Source: an uncultured Nitrospinota bacterium (GTDB taxonomy: Bacteria > Tectomicrobia > Entotheonellia > J063 > CAVPRW01). From it: a stretch of DNA of 64,000 bases. Below the pieces are notes generated by a model. It was not told the origin of the DNA and ran no database searches. It saw nothing but the letters and a program-made list of their open reading frames with translations. Positions within the stretch are counted from its first letter, which is position 1. Each line of letters starts with the position of its first letter. The stretch spans positions 32,001-96,000 of the forward strand of contig CAVPRW010000023.1 of assembly GCA_963707985.1 (NCBI GenBank). The letters are read 5' to 3'. Both the position numbers and the translations under genes were made by a program. Shown here piece after piece: positions 1 through 9,759 of the stretch.

Positions 1-207
1 GGCATCGTGCCCCTGGAGGCCATTCGAGGGATAATCTCCCTTGCAATTGAACGGGTTCCCATTCCAGCCGACCAGTTCTATCCTTTGTCCTCATACATCC
101 TTCCCCGGTGGGGGTGCCTCATCCCCAATCAGCTACAGTCCCAAAGGCGCCCGGTGAGCCAAGTGTGAGCTCGGAATAGCCTAAGATAGACTACAGGAAT
201 ACCGATC

Positions 208-272
208 TTTACACAATCTTGATGCCGCAGGGTCTTCTTTTGACGACCGCTTGACCTGCTACGCGCTACAGT
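208..272 (+). promoter_or_regulatory. kdp promoter: four KdpE-like direct-repeat hexamers plus -10 element
   Basis: TTTACA(208)-N5-TTGATG(219)-N15-TTGACG(240)-N5-TTGACC(251)-N10-TACAGT(267). Resembles the E. coli KdpE site TTTATA-N5-TTTACA and lies directly upstream of the kdp genes. Confidence 0.75.
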
Positions 273-326
273 ATATCGTCGATCGGAGCGTGGTGTCCAA
301 ACCATATTTGTCGGGAGGGACTATAC

Positions 327-410
327 GTGCTCGATGTCTTTTTTCTGGTCCTGACAGTGGTCTTTTTTGTCGGCTGCCTGGCCTACATCGTCGGCTGTGA
401 GCGGCTCTAA
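327..410 (+). CDS. 27-aa hydrophobic peptide upstream of kdpF (MLDVFFLVLTVVFFVGCLAYIVGCERL)
   Basis: Read by hand: GGGAGG RBS, GTG start, single TM helix, TAA at 408-410; not in the ORF track. Confidence 0.75.
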   Translation: MLDVFFLVLTVVFFVGCLAYIVGCERL

Positions 411-437
411 AGGCATACCTATCGTGGAGGGAAACTC

Positions 438-527
438 ATGACTCTGGATTACCTCCTGGGCGGTCTGGTCACGCTCGGCTTGCTGGTCTATCTCGTCTAC
501 GCCTTATTGCGACCCGAGCGCTTTTAG
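438..527 (+). CDS. kdpF: K+-transporting ATPase subunit F (MTLDYLLGGLVTLGLLVYLVYALLRPERF)
   Basis: GGAGG RBS; C-terminal YLxYALLRPERF signature; immediately before kdpA. Confidence 0.93.
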   Translation: MTLDYLLGGLVTLGLLVYLVYALLRPERF

Positions 528-539
528 GGAGAGCATACG

Positions 540-2273
540 ATGACGCTGAATGGGGTGCTGCAAATCGCCTTGTATATCGTGGTCCTGGTTTTACTCGTCA
601 AGCCCCTGGGCCTGTACATGGCACGTGTCTTCAACGGCGAGCGGACGTTCCTCGATCCGGTCCTGCGGCCAGTCGAGCGCATCATTTACTGGATCAGTGG
701 TGTGGATCCGAGGCAAGAACAGCATTGGACGACATACACGGCGGCAATGCTGCTGTTTAATCTGGCCGGCTTCGTGGTCCTTTACGCCTTGCAACGGCTG
801 CAGCACGTGCTGCCGCTGAATCCGCAGGACTTCGGGCCGCCTTCGGCAGATTCGGCCTTCAACACGGCCGTGAGTTTCACGAGTAACACCAACTGGCAGT
901 CCTATGCCGGTGAGAGCACGATGAGCTATCTCGTCGCAGATGGCTGGCCTGACGGTGCAAAACTTTGTCTCGGCGGCGACGGGCATCGCCCTCGTCATTG
1001 CGCTGATTCGGGCCTTTGCTCGCAATTCAGCCCGGACCCTGGGCAACTTCTGGGTAGACATGGTGCGGACCACGCTCTGGGTGCTGCTGCCGCTGTCGCT
1101 GGTCCTGGCTCTGGTGCTGGTCTGGCAGGGCGTTGCCGCAGAATTTACAGCCCTATGTCGACGCCACCACGGTTGAGGGCGGCTCGCAGACGATCGCCCA
1201 GGGGCCAGTGGCCTCGCAGCTCGCCATCAAGCAACTCGGCACCAACGGCGGCGGCTTCTTCAATGCCAACTCGGCACATCCCTACGAGAACCCGACGCCG
1301 CTGTCGAATTTCCTCGAAATGGTGGCGATTCTGGTGATCGGCGGGGCCTTGACCTATACGTTTGGCCATATGGTCGGCGCCACCCGCCAGGGCTGGGCCA
1401 TCTTCACGGCGATGATGGTGGTGGTCGTACTAGGTGTAGGCGTGGCCTATTGGGCCGAGTCGGCCGGCAACCCGGCGTTCGACCGCCTGGGGATCCAAAC
1501 AGACGCCAACGCCATGCAAGCCGGCGGCAACATGGAAGGCAAAGAGGTGCGCTTCGGCATCGCCAACTCGGTGCTCTGGGCGACGACGACCACCGATGCG
1601 TCAAACGGCTCGGTCAACTCCATGCACGACTCCTACACGCCGCTCGGCGGCCTGGTGCCGCTATTTAACATCATGCTCGGCGAGGTGATCGTCGGCGGCG
1701 TGGGCTCCGGTCTGTACGGCATGCTGTTGTTCGTCATTCTGGCGGTGTTCGTCGCCGGGCTGATGGTGGGCCGGACGCCGGAGTACCTGGGCAAGAAGAT
1801 CGAGGCCAAAGAGGTCAAGATGACCGTGCTCGCCCTCATCCTGGTCCTGCCGATCAGCATCCTCGGCTTCACAGCGCTGGCCAGCGTCCACCCCGAGGGG
1901 CTCAAAGGCACCGTTGAACGCCGGCCCACATGGCTTTAGCGAGATCCTCTATGTCTTCACCTCGGGCACCGGCAACAACGGCAGCGCCTTCGCGGGCATC
2001 AGCGCCAATACCTTCTTTTACAATCTGACCAATGGCCTCTCCATGCTGTTCGGACGCTTCCTGTTCATCGTGCCGATGATGGCCGTGGCCGGCTCGCTGG
2101 TCGCCAAGAAAGTGGTGCCGCCGTCCAGCGGCACGTTCCCCACCGATGGTGGCACGTTCATCGCGCTCTTGGTGAGCGTCATGCTGATCATGGGCGGCTT
2201 GATCTTCTTTCCGGCGCTGTCGCTGGGCCCCATCGTCGAGCACCTGGACATGATGGCTGGAAAACTGTTCTAA
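540..2273 (+). CDS. kdpA: K+-transporting ATPase subunit A, split by three apparent 1-nt insertions (~938, ~1135, ~1913)
   Basis: Consecutive fragments in ORFs 540, 940, 1133 and 1914 carry the KdpA motifs [35 protein letters not shown] and NNGSAF. Confidence 0.95.
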
Positions 2274-2285
2274 GGAGAGCATCGC

Positions 2286-4343
2286 ATGGCTGAGCACGTC
2301 CAAAAACTCTCGCTGTTCGATCCTAGAATCGTCCGGCGAGCGGCTTGGGATTCGGTGACCAAGCTTGCCCCACGTACCTTGATGCGCAACCCGGTCATGT
2401 TCGTGGTCGAAGTCGTGGCCGCGGTGACGACCATCCTCTTCGTCCGCGACCTGCTCGGCGGCACTGGGCATGCCGCTTTCGTCGGCCATATCTCGATATG
2501 GCTGTGGTTCACCGTGCTGTTTGCCAACTTTGCCGAGGCCATGGCCGAGGGACGCGGCAAGGCTCAGGCGGACACCCTGCGACGCACCAAAAGGGAGACC
2601 ATGGCCAAGCGACTGCGCTCAGCAGAGCACCGGGACTATGAGTTGGTGCCTGGGACCGGTCTGCGACAAGGCGATTTGGTGCTCGTCGAGGCGACCGACA
2701 TCATCCCCGGCGATGGGGACGTCATCGAAGGTATTGCCTCGGTGGATGAGTCGGCGATCACGGGGGAGTCGGCGCCGGTGATCCGGGAGAGTGGCGGCGA
2801 TCGCTCGGCCGTGACCGGGGGCACACGTGTCCTCTCGGACTGGATCAAGGTGAAGATTACCTCCAACCCCGGCGAGACCTTTCTGGATCGCATGATCGCG
2901 CTGGTCGAGGGCGCGCAGCGGCAGAAGACGCCGAACGAGATCGCCCTGACGATTCTCCTGGTCGGTCTGACCATCGTGTTCTTGTTGGCCACGTCGACCG
3001 TCGAGTTTTTCGCCATCTATGCTGGTGGGCCGGTCTCGGTGGTCATCCTCATCGCGCTGTTCGTGACGCTCATCCCGACCACCATCGGTGGGCTGCTGTC
3101 GGCCATCGGCATCGCCGGCATGGACCGCCTGGTGCGCTATAACGTCCTGGCCATGTCCGGCCGCGCCGTTGAGGCGGCGGGCGATGTCGATACGCTGCTG
3201 CTCGACAAGACCGGCACCATTACGCTGGGTAATCGTATGGCGACCGAGTTCGTGCCGATGCCCGGCGTGAGTGAGGCGGACCTGGCCGACGCCGCGCAAC
3301 TCGCCTCGCTGAGCGACGAGACCCCAGAGGGGCGCTCCATCGTCGTGCTGGCGAAGGAAAAGTATGGGCTCCGCGGGCGTGAGGTGGCCGAGCGCAGTGC
3401 AGCAATTCATGCCTTTACCGCGCAAACGCGCATGAGTGGCGTCAATGTCAACGGCACCCAGATCCGCAAAGGGGCGAGCGACGCCGTCCTGACATTTGTC
3501 TCAGAGAAGAATGGCGCCAGTTACCGGCCCCCTCCCGAGCTCACGCCAACGGTGGATCGCATCGCCAAGTCGGGCGGCACGCCATTGGTCGTCGCCATGG
3601 ACAGTCGCGTGCTGGGTGTGATCCATCTCAAAGACATCATCAAGGGTGGCATTCGCGAGCGCTTCGCGGAGCTGCGGCGTGCGGGCATTCGCACGGTCAT
3701 GATCACGGGCGATAATCCGATGACGGCGGCGGCCATCGCGGCGGAGGCGGGGGTCGATGACTTTCTGGCGCAGGCGACCCCGGAAGACAAGCTGCAGCTC
3801 ATCCGTGATGAGCAAGCCAAGGGGAAGTTGCTGGCGATGTGCGGTGACGGAACCAATGACGCCCCGGCCTTGGCGCAGGCCGACGTCGGGGTGGCAATGA
3901 ACACGGGGACGTCAGCGGCCAAGGAAGCGGGCAACATGGTGGACCTCGACTCCAACCCTACCAAGCTCCTGGAGATCGTGGAGATCGGCAAGCAGCTTCT
4001 GATTACGCGCGGGGCCTTGACCACCTTCAGCATCGCCAATGATGTGGCCAAGTACTTCGCCATTATCCCCGCCATGTTCGTGGCGACGTACCCCGAGCTG
4101 GCGGCGTTGAACGTCATGCGACTGGCCACGCCGGAGAGCGCCATCCTGTCGGCGGTGATCTTTAACGCCTTGATTATCATTGCGCTGATCCCGCTGGCGT
4201 TGCGCGGGGTCAAGTTCCGACCGATCGGCGCCGCGGCGATTCTACGCCGCAACCTGCTGATCTACGGGGTGGGTGGCGTTATCATCCCGTTCATTGGCAT
4301 CAAAGCCATCGATCTGCTTCTCGTCGCACTGCGCGTGGCGTAG
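2286..4343 (+). CDS. kdpB: K+-transporting P-type ATPase subunit B
   Basis: TGES, DKTGT phosphorylation motif, [14 protein letters not shown]; 685 aa, intact. Confidence 0.98.
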   Translation: MAEHVQKLSLFDPRIVRRAAWDSVTKLAPRTLMRNPVMFVVEVVAAVTTILFVRDLLGGTGHAAFVGHISIWLWFTVLFANFAEAMAEGRGKAQADTLRRTKRETMAKRLRSAEHRDYELVPGTGLRQGDLVLVEATDIIPGDGDVIEGIASVDESAITGESAPVIRESGGDRSAVTGGTRVLSDWIKVKITSNPGETFLDRMIALVEGAQRQKTPNEIALTILLVGLTIVFLLATSTVEFFAIYAGGPVSVVILIALFVTLIPTTIGGLLSAIGIAGMDRLVRYNVLAMSGRAVEAAGDVDTLLLDKTGTITLGNRMATEFVPMPGVSEADLADAAQLASLSDETPEGRSIVVLAKEKYGLRGREVAERSAAIHAFTAQTRMSGVNVNGTQIRKGASDAVLTFVSEKNGASYRPPPELTPTVDRIAKSGGTPLVVAMDSRVLGVIHLKDIIKGGIRERFAELRRAGIRTVMITGDNPMTAAAIAAEAGVDDFLAQATPEDKLQLIRDEQAKGKLLAMCGDGTNDAPALAQADVGVAMNTGTSAAKEAGNMVDLDSNPTKLLEIVEIGKQLLITRGALTTFSIANDVAKYFAIIPAMFVATYPELAALNVMRLATPESAILSAVIFNALIIIALIPLALRGVKFRPIGAAAILRRNLLIYGVGGVIIPFIGIKAIDLLLVALRVA

Positions 4344-4351
4344 GAGGACAG

Positions 4352-5281
4352 ATGGAACACACACTTCGCGGGCCAGCTTACGGGCGCTTATTGGTGCTGC
4401 TGCCGCTGCTGGCAGGGTTGTTCGTGGTTGAGCAGCGTGCCCCTGTCTCCTCGGGCGGGCATACGGCCGTGCAAGTCGGCATTGTGCTGTTCATCTATGG
4501 CCTGGTGTGGCTGTGGCTCAGGGCGAATACACTCCAGCTGCTGTGGAGTGCTCAAGGCGTGAGTTACCGGAAGAGGGTGATCGAGGCGCATGGTACGCCG
4601 ATCCGTGTTCTAACGACACGCTCGGCGCCGCGGCAGGCCCATTTTGTCGCTAGGCGAGCGCGCCACCCTCACAGGCGTGGCAATCCAGAAGCTGCAGAGA
4701 AGGAGACTGCGGACATGCTCGGTCAACTTCGACCAGCGGTCATCTTGGTAGTTATCCTCACCGTGATCACGGGGATCATCTATCCCCTGGCCGTCACTGG
4801 CATGGCCCAGTTGCTGTTTCCCCATCAGGCCAACGGCAGTTTGATTGTGCGCAATGGCCAGATCGTTGGCTCCGAGCTGATTGGCCAGAACTTCGCTGAG
4901 GCGCGCTACTTCCACCCACGTCCCTCCGCGGCCGGCAAGGATGGCTATGATGCCACCTCGTCGAGTGGCTCGAACCTGGGGCCGACCAGCCAGGCGCTGA
5001 TTGATCGCATGACGGCGGCCGTGACGGACCTGCGTGCGGAGAACCCCAATGCGCCCATCCCGGTTGATCTCGTGACCACCTCCGGGAGCGGCCTGGACCC
5101 GCATATCACGCCCGCGGCGGCGGCGTTTCAGGTGCCACGCGTGGCCCAGGCACGGGGCCTGTCGGAGGCGCAGGTACAAGCGCTGGTAAGCCAGCACACA
5201 GAGGGCCGGCAGCTCGGCTTCTTGGGTGAGCCACGCGTCAACGTGCTGGCCCTCAATCTGGCGCTCGATGCCCAGCGATGA
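4352..5281 (+). CDS. kdpC: K+-transporting ATPase subunit C; canonical part starts at ATG 4715, preceded in frame by a 121-aa extension with two TM helices
   Basis: [39 protein letters not shown] and [11 protein letters not shown] motifs; RBS before both 4352 (AGGAGG) and 4715 (AAGGAG). Confidence 0.93.
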   Translation: MEHTLRGPAYGRLLVLLPLLAGLFVVEQRAPVSSGGHTAVQVGIVLFIYGLVWLWLRANTLQLLWSAQGVSYRKRVIEAHGTPIRVLTTRSAPRQAHFVARRARHPHRRGNPEAAEKETADMLGQLRPAVILVVILTVITGIIYPLAVTGMAQLLFPHQANGSLIVRNGQIVGSELIGQNFAEARYFHPRPSAAGKDGYDATSSSGSNLGPTSQALIDRMTAAVTDLRAENPNAPIPVDLVTTSGSGLDPHITPAAAAFQVPRVAQARGLSEAQVQALVSQHTEGRQLGFLGEPRVNVLALNLALDAQR

Positions 5282-5330
5282 ACCAACAAGCTGGCATGGT
5301 CCTCAGCCTCGTGAGGTGCACCGCCCTGGA

Positions 5331-5356
5331 CGTTCGGGGGTAAACACCCCCGGACG
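5331..5356 (+). other. GC-rich stem-loop between kdpC and the SPFH gene
   Basis: CGTTCGGGGGT-AAAC-ACCCCCGGACG, 11-bp stem including one G-U pair; no U-tract. Confidence 0.5.
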
Positions 5357-5406
5357 ACAGAGCAGCATCGTTCTGCGATGCAACGAAGCGCTCAGAGGAG
5401 ACCTCC

Positions 5407-6285
5407 ATGCGAATGACCCCCCTACTCGGCGTCATGGCCATGGCCACCCTCATGTCGAGCTGTAGCAATCCCTCCACCCCGGCCGGCTATGTCGGCTACG
5501 TGGTGAAGCAACCCATCGCCATCGGGCAGGATGCGTTCATCACGACGCAGGATGGTCCGACCTCCACGGGACTCGGCTGGCGCCTGCGCGTGCTCAACGT
5601 CTCGGTCACCCCCTATACCTTTCGCGAACCGTTCTTCGAGCAGGAAAGTATCTTGAGCCAGGATAACTTGAAGGTCGGCTTCGAATTGAGTGTCACCTGG
5701 CGCATCCGGCGCTCACAGGTCCGCGACTTCGTCGAACGCTTCACCACCCTGGGACTGGGGACCGATCCCGAGAAAATTGTCCGCGTCGCCTATGACAATT
5801 ACATCAAACAAGCCATCCGGACCTTTGCCCGCGCCGAGGTCCAAAAATATGACGGCCTCCAGATCAAGAATAACATCGATACCATCGATACGGCCATTGC
5901 GGCACGGATGAACTCCATGCTGGCGAGCACCCCCTTCGAGATTATCGCCGCCCTCGTCAGTGATATCCGCTATCCCGATGTGGTCGCGAGTGCCGTGGCG
6001 CAGAAGATTGCCGCCACCCAGGTCCTGGACCAAAAGACGACGGAGATTCTGATCACCGTGAAGGAGGCGGAGAAGCGGGAGAAGGAAGCGGAAGGGGTCT
6101 CCCGCGCCATGGCCATGATCAAGAGTCAGCTCACGCCGGAATATTTGCAATACGAAGCGATCAAGGCCCAACTCTCCATGGTCGCCAGCCCGAATCATAC
6201 GGTGATGTATATCCCGGTGGGGCCGATGGGGGTCCCGCTCGTGGGCACCATCGATATGTCCAAGGTGCCGCTGAGCACCAAGTGA
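5407..6285 (+). CDS. SPFH/band-7 (prohibitin-like) protein, possible lipoprotein
   Basis: Signal peptide ending in LMSSC; PAGYVG, ILSQDNLKV, DIRYPDVV and an AE-rich coiled coil; ends LTPEYLQYEAI...YIPVG. Confidence 0.82.
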   Translation: MRMTPLLGVMAMATLMSSCSNPSTPAGYVGYVVKQPIAIGQDAFITTQDGPTSTGLGWRLRVLNVSVTPYTFREPFFEQESILSQDNLKVGFELSVTWRIRRSQVRDFVERFTTLGLGTDPEKIVRVAYDNYIKQAIRTFARAEVQKYDGLQIKNNIDTIDTAIAARMNSMLASTPFEIIAALVSDIRYPDVVASAVAQKIAATQVLDQKTTEILITVKEAEKREKEAEGVSRAMAMIKSQLTPEYLQYEAIKAQLSMVASPNHTVMYIPVGPMGVPLVGTIDMSKVPLSTK

Positions 6286-7538
6286 AGGCGCTATGAGGCT
6301 CGGGCTCAATCCACGCCACGGGCCCGCCCTTGTGCAGAACGGCTTCGAGGCGGCAGCATGAGCTCACGATCCCGGCGGCGAGGACAATCCGTGCACCATC
6401 GAACACCTCCGGGGACAACAGCTCGAAGTCCTCTGGGAGCACGCGATGGATCCCGAGATGCCTGCCGGGGAAGTGTGGACCAATGGGGAAAAATTGTCAG
6501 TCGCCCGGTCAACATGATCGGGTCACCCTTACTGACGGAGGCATCGGACGGAGGCATCAGGCTGCCACACGAGCACGACGATGTCGTCATACAGAAAAGA
6601 CATCAGCACCGACCCGCGGAGTTGGATAGCATCACCCCTGCTCCCACAACTTGAGGATGACCATGTTGAGCCAGGAAGGTACCGTGGCGCATGCCACGCT
6701 AGCGAAGGCCTCAGCGCTGAAATGCGAGGAAGGCTTGGGAGGTATTCATGGCAAATGGGCGTGCTTCCCGTGTGTGGTACACAGTAACAGCCAATTGATA
6801 TAAGTGATCGCTGGTCGTGACCCCCACAGGCCGCTCCCCTTTATGGGCTCGGATATCCCGCCAGATAGTCTTCCACTTCGATTTCATGGTCAGTTTTTTC
6901 CAGTACGAGTTTGCCATGGTGTCCTTTCACTGACTTTGTGCGTCGTCTTCGTTGCGTCTGACCCCTCACAGGGTGTGTGAGAAGAGGGAGAGGGATATTG
7001 CCCACATTGGCGAAATAACATACCAGCGAGTGCAACGTCGTGCAAGCCCTGATATATTAGATAAGCAAGACTGATGCCAACTTTGCAGCGATGCCCCACC
7101 AGACGGTCCAACAATGGCGGATGCGGCGACCAGCGGCAATGGCCTACCGATTCCATGTCATTACATCCCCATTGCCAACACCCTGGGGTAGGATGACGCG
7201 GGCCGTTCATCTTGAATCCCACCTTGCCTTGTGTGGGTTTGAAGTAATGAATCCCTTCACTCAAGACCCCCTGGAATACGAAGTTCAGGATGGTTTAGGG
7301 GCGGTTAAGGGCCCGCCCGACGAGCTCTTAGCTGCAGCGGGCGCTGTACTATGAGGAAAACTCATGGTCTACATGAGTATATTCATGCCTACGATCGCAC
7401 TAGGAAGCGTAAGGGAGATCGCCAAATCTTTCCCCACATTCTTGTTGACAGGGTATGGTTGTCTGCTACACTGGGCCTCCGCGCCCAGATTGAGGTGACG
7501 TGTTGCGAGGATGCTATGCAAACGGCAAGGAGGAGCCC

Positions 7539-7958
7539 ATGCACACGTGGCGAGTCGCGGTCTTCGGCTTGGTCTTGAGCGGATTATTTCTCGGTTCACC
7601 AACAGGGTCTGAGGAACCGCTAGCCGTGGGGCCTGAAAACCGTCAGGGCCAGACAAATCTCGCGCCCAACATGCAGGAGCGTTGGAAAGCCATCAATGAG
7701 ATTGCAGCACTCATCACGGCGGGGAATTTTACGCGAGCGTCGGAACTCGCGAAACGCGCCTTGCCATTGCCCAAAGATTTGACCAGCAAAGACCTCCAAG
7801 CGTTGGCAGAAGATTTTGATACGCGTGTGCAGGCCTTTCGGCACATCTTGGTGGGGCGCGATCCGCTCCAGTCGTTGCAGGCGTGGAATGCCGTCTTTCA
7901 GGGGTGTGTGGGGTGTCACACGGAGCGAGGGATCAAGGGACAGAAGCTTCGGGAATAG
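7539..7958 (+). CDS. Exported c-type cytochrome, class II (cytochrome c'-like)
   Basis: AGGAGGAG RBS, signal peptide, helical body, single CVGCH heme motif near the C-terminus. Confidence 0.7.
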   Translation: MHTWRVAVFGLVLSGLFLGSPTGSEEPLAVGPENRQGQTNLAPNMQERWKAINEIAALITAGNFTRASELAKRALPLPKDLTSKDLQALAEDFDTRVQAFRHILVGRDPLQSLQAWNAVFQGCVGCHTERGIKGQKLRE

Positions 7959-8001
7959 CGCCCTGACCTGGGCACGAGCGTCGGATTGAGGTAGGCTGCG
8001 C

Positions 8002-8355
8002 ATGCTGAACATGAGACGCATCGTCGTATGGGCATTCATCGCCGTCTTGGCTGCATGTACGAGTGTGTTCCCCGGAAACCCTACTGCAGGACAAGGTGGG
8101 TCGGAACAAATCAGTTGCCGCCAGCTGTATCAGAGTTATACGCGCTGTTATGAGACAGGCCAGCGCATAGGGTATGAGGCCTGTGTCGCCGCGGCTCACC
8201 AGACATCGGAAGAACTGTTAAGGCCGTTGGGGCAGAGTCTTCTCCTGGGATTGGCCGTGCGAGCGTTAGAGATGGCATGTCTGCTAGGGTGTGAGACGGC
8301 CAAGACCGCCACCTTCCTTGCGTATCCTGATTTCGAGCGGGCCATGTGCCCGTGA
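8002..8355 (+). CDS. Small Cys-rich exported protein or lipoprotein of unknown function
   Basis: Signal peptide with LAAC lipobox-like motif; six further Cys. Confidence 0.6.
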   Translation: MLNMRRIVVWAFIAVLAACTSVFPGNPTAGQGGSEQISCRQLYQSYTRCYETGQRIGYEACVAAAHQTSEELLRPLGQSLLLGLAVRALEMACLLGCETAKTATFLAYPDFERAMCP

Positions 8356-8449
8356 CTCGCGGAAGGTCGTGAGCTGCCCTCAGGGCTCACCGGACCGCAT
8401 AGCGGTGTGGGTGCAACCCTGGATGAACCAGCGGGTCGGGCCTTCCTGT

Positions 8450-8657
8450 CGGTCCATGTGTGAAGTCCTCACGGAGCCCGAGGCCATCCACCGGGTGGTT
8501 GCGCTCTTTACAGCCAAGTGTCCGCAGATCGCGGCGCTGCCGGTACCCATAGACCCTTCGAGCGTCGTCTTCCTGAGGATCACGCCCATCGTGATTTCCC
8601 TTCTGGTCTAAACCAAGGGGTTTGGGCACACGGAAATGGTCTCCATCGACGCGTAAG
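8450..8657 (+). pseudogene. 3' remnant of a pyridoxamine 5'-phosphate oxidase-like (split-barrel FMN-binding) gene
   Basis: FLRITPIVISLL followed out of frame by TKGFGHTEMV, recalled as typical of this family's C-terminus; no 5' part. Confidence 0.45.
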
Positions 8658-9194
8658 GCCGCACCATTGCCCCACACGAAGGCGGCGATCCCCGATCAAA
8701 CGTTTTTTGATGTCTAGGTCACAAATAACCGCTACTCGTAGAGCCGATGAAGCGGGCACCGGTTATGCGTTGGGCGGTATGGTGTGTGCTCTCAAAGGTT
8801 CCACACATGTCAAGCCCAGAGGTCGGGAACGTATCGCACATGGGCTGTGGCATGTCACGAAAACGAGGATACGCCATAAAAAACTCCCCACGGTGATACA
8901 ATTTCGGAGGGAGTGTCAACGCGCGTCCCGCCTGGAAATACACCCATACGCCAGGCTTAGAAGTAGGGAGGCATATCCATCATGGAGGGTTCACTGGCCA
9001 TTACGGAGGATTGGTCATGCGGACACGCAATGAGGGCTGGCCGATCAGCACGCCATCCCTCTGGTGCCTCTGCAGGTGCTCCCCTCGCCCCGCGTGGTAT
9101 CATGGAAAGATACCGTCAGCGCTCAGGATCCCATCAGAGCGACTGAGGCGATGGTGGTTGTGATAAAGGTGGTACCAGCAGGGGAGAGACAGTC

Positions 9195-9683
9195 GTGAGA
9201 CTCTTAGACTTTATCCAGAAGCGGCGCTCCCAGATACGTCGGGCCTTGCAGCCCGCACCAACGGAGGTCGAGGAGGCCTCCCTCCTCAACAATCGTGATA
9301 TCCAGGCGCTGCTCCACGAGGAAATCGCCGCCGCACAACAGTTGGGTCCTGGCCCATGGCCGCGCGTGAAGAAAGCCAATATGGAGGCCGCGCTAGTGTT
9401 CAAGCCTGTCCTCGAGGCCACGCATCAACTGGCGCAGGCGTTAGGAGGAAACGCACAGATCACGTTGACGATGCGTGACAACGACGTTGAGCTCGTCATA
9501 GGGCAGGAGCGAAGGGTCAGAGTATCACGCTATGGCTGGCAGCGCGACTTTGCTGTCGAGGACCACATCTACTGCCCTGATCTCGGGGACTCTGTTGAAC
9601 GAACGTACTCGTTCCAGACTCCCAATGACGTGGTCACCTTCATCGTCAGAGCCTGTGCAGAGTTCTTGGCACGAAAACCCTAA
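9195..9683 (+). CDS. Hypothetical protein, 162 aa
   Basis: GGGGAG RBS, GTG start, plausible composition; no family recognised. Confidence 0.6.
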   Translation: MRLLDFIQKRRSQIRRALQPAPTEVEEASLLNNRDIQALLHEEIAAAQQLGPGPWPRVKKANMEAALVFKPVLEATHQLAQALGGNAQITLTMRDNDVELVIGQERRVRVSRYGWQRDFAVEDHIYCPDLGDSVERTYSFQTPNDVVTFIVRACAEFLARKP

Positions 9684-9759
9684 CAACGCTCCACTTCTCT
9701 AGCAAGCGGTCGCGCCCGCCATCAGCGCGATCGGCCATACACCATGGCGGCGCCAGGAC

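Noticed and set aside
251..279. Alternative sigma70 promoter TTGACC-17-TATCGT for kdp
   Set aside because: Plausible alone, but the TACAGT -10 at 267 matches the spacing of the three sister promoters, so it was preferred. Only TSS mapping can decide.
1..326. c-di-AMP (ydaO) riboswitch upstream of kdp
   Set aside because: None of the conserved riboswitch segments could be found, and the short leader is explained by the direct-repeat promoter.
6300..7480. Short ORFs between the SPFH and cytochrome genes (e.g. 6711..6917, 7091..7354)
   Set aside because: No recognisable motifs or consistent coding signal; possibly degraded remnants.
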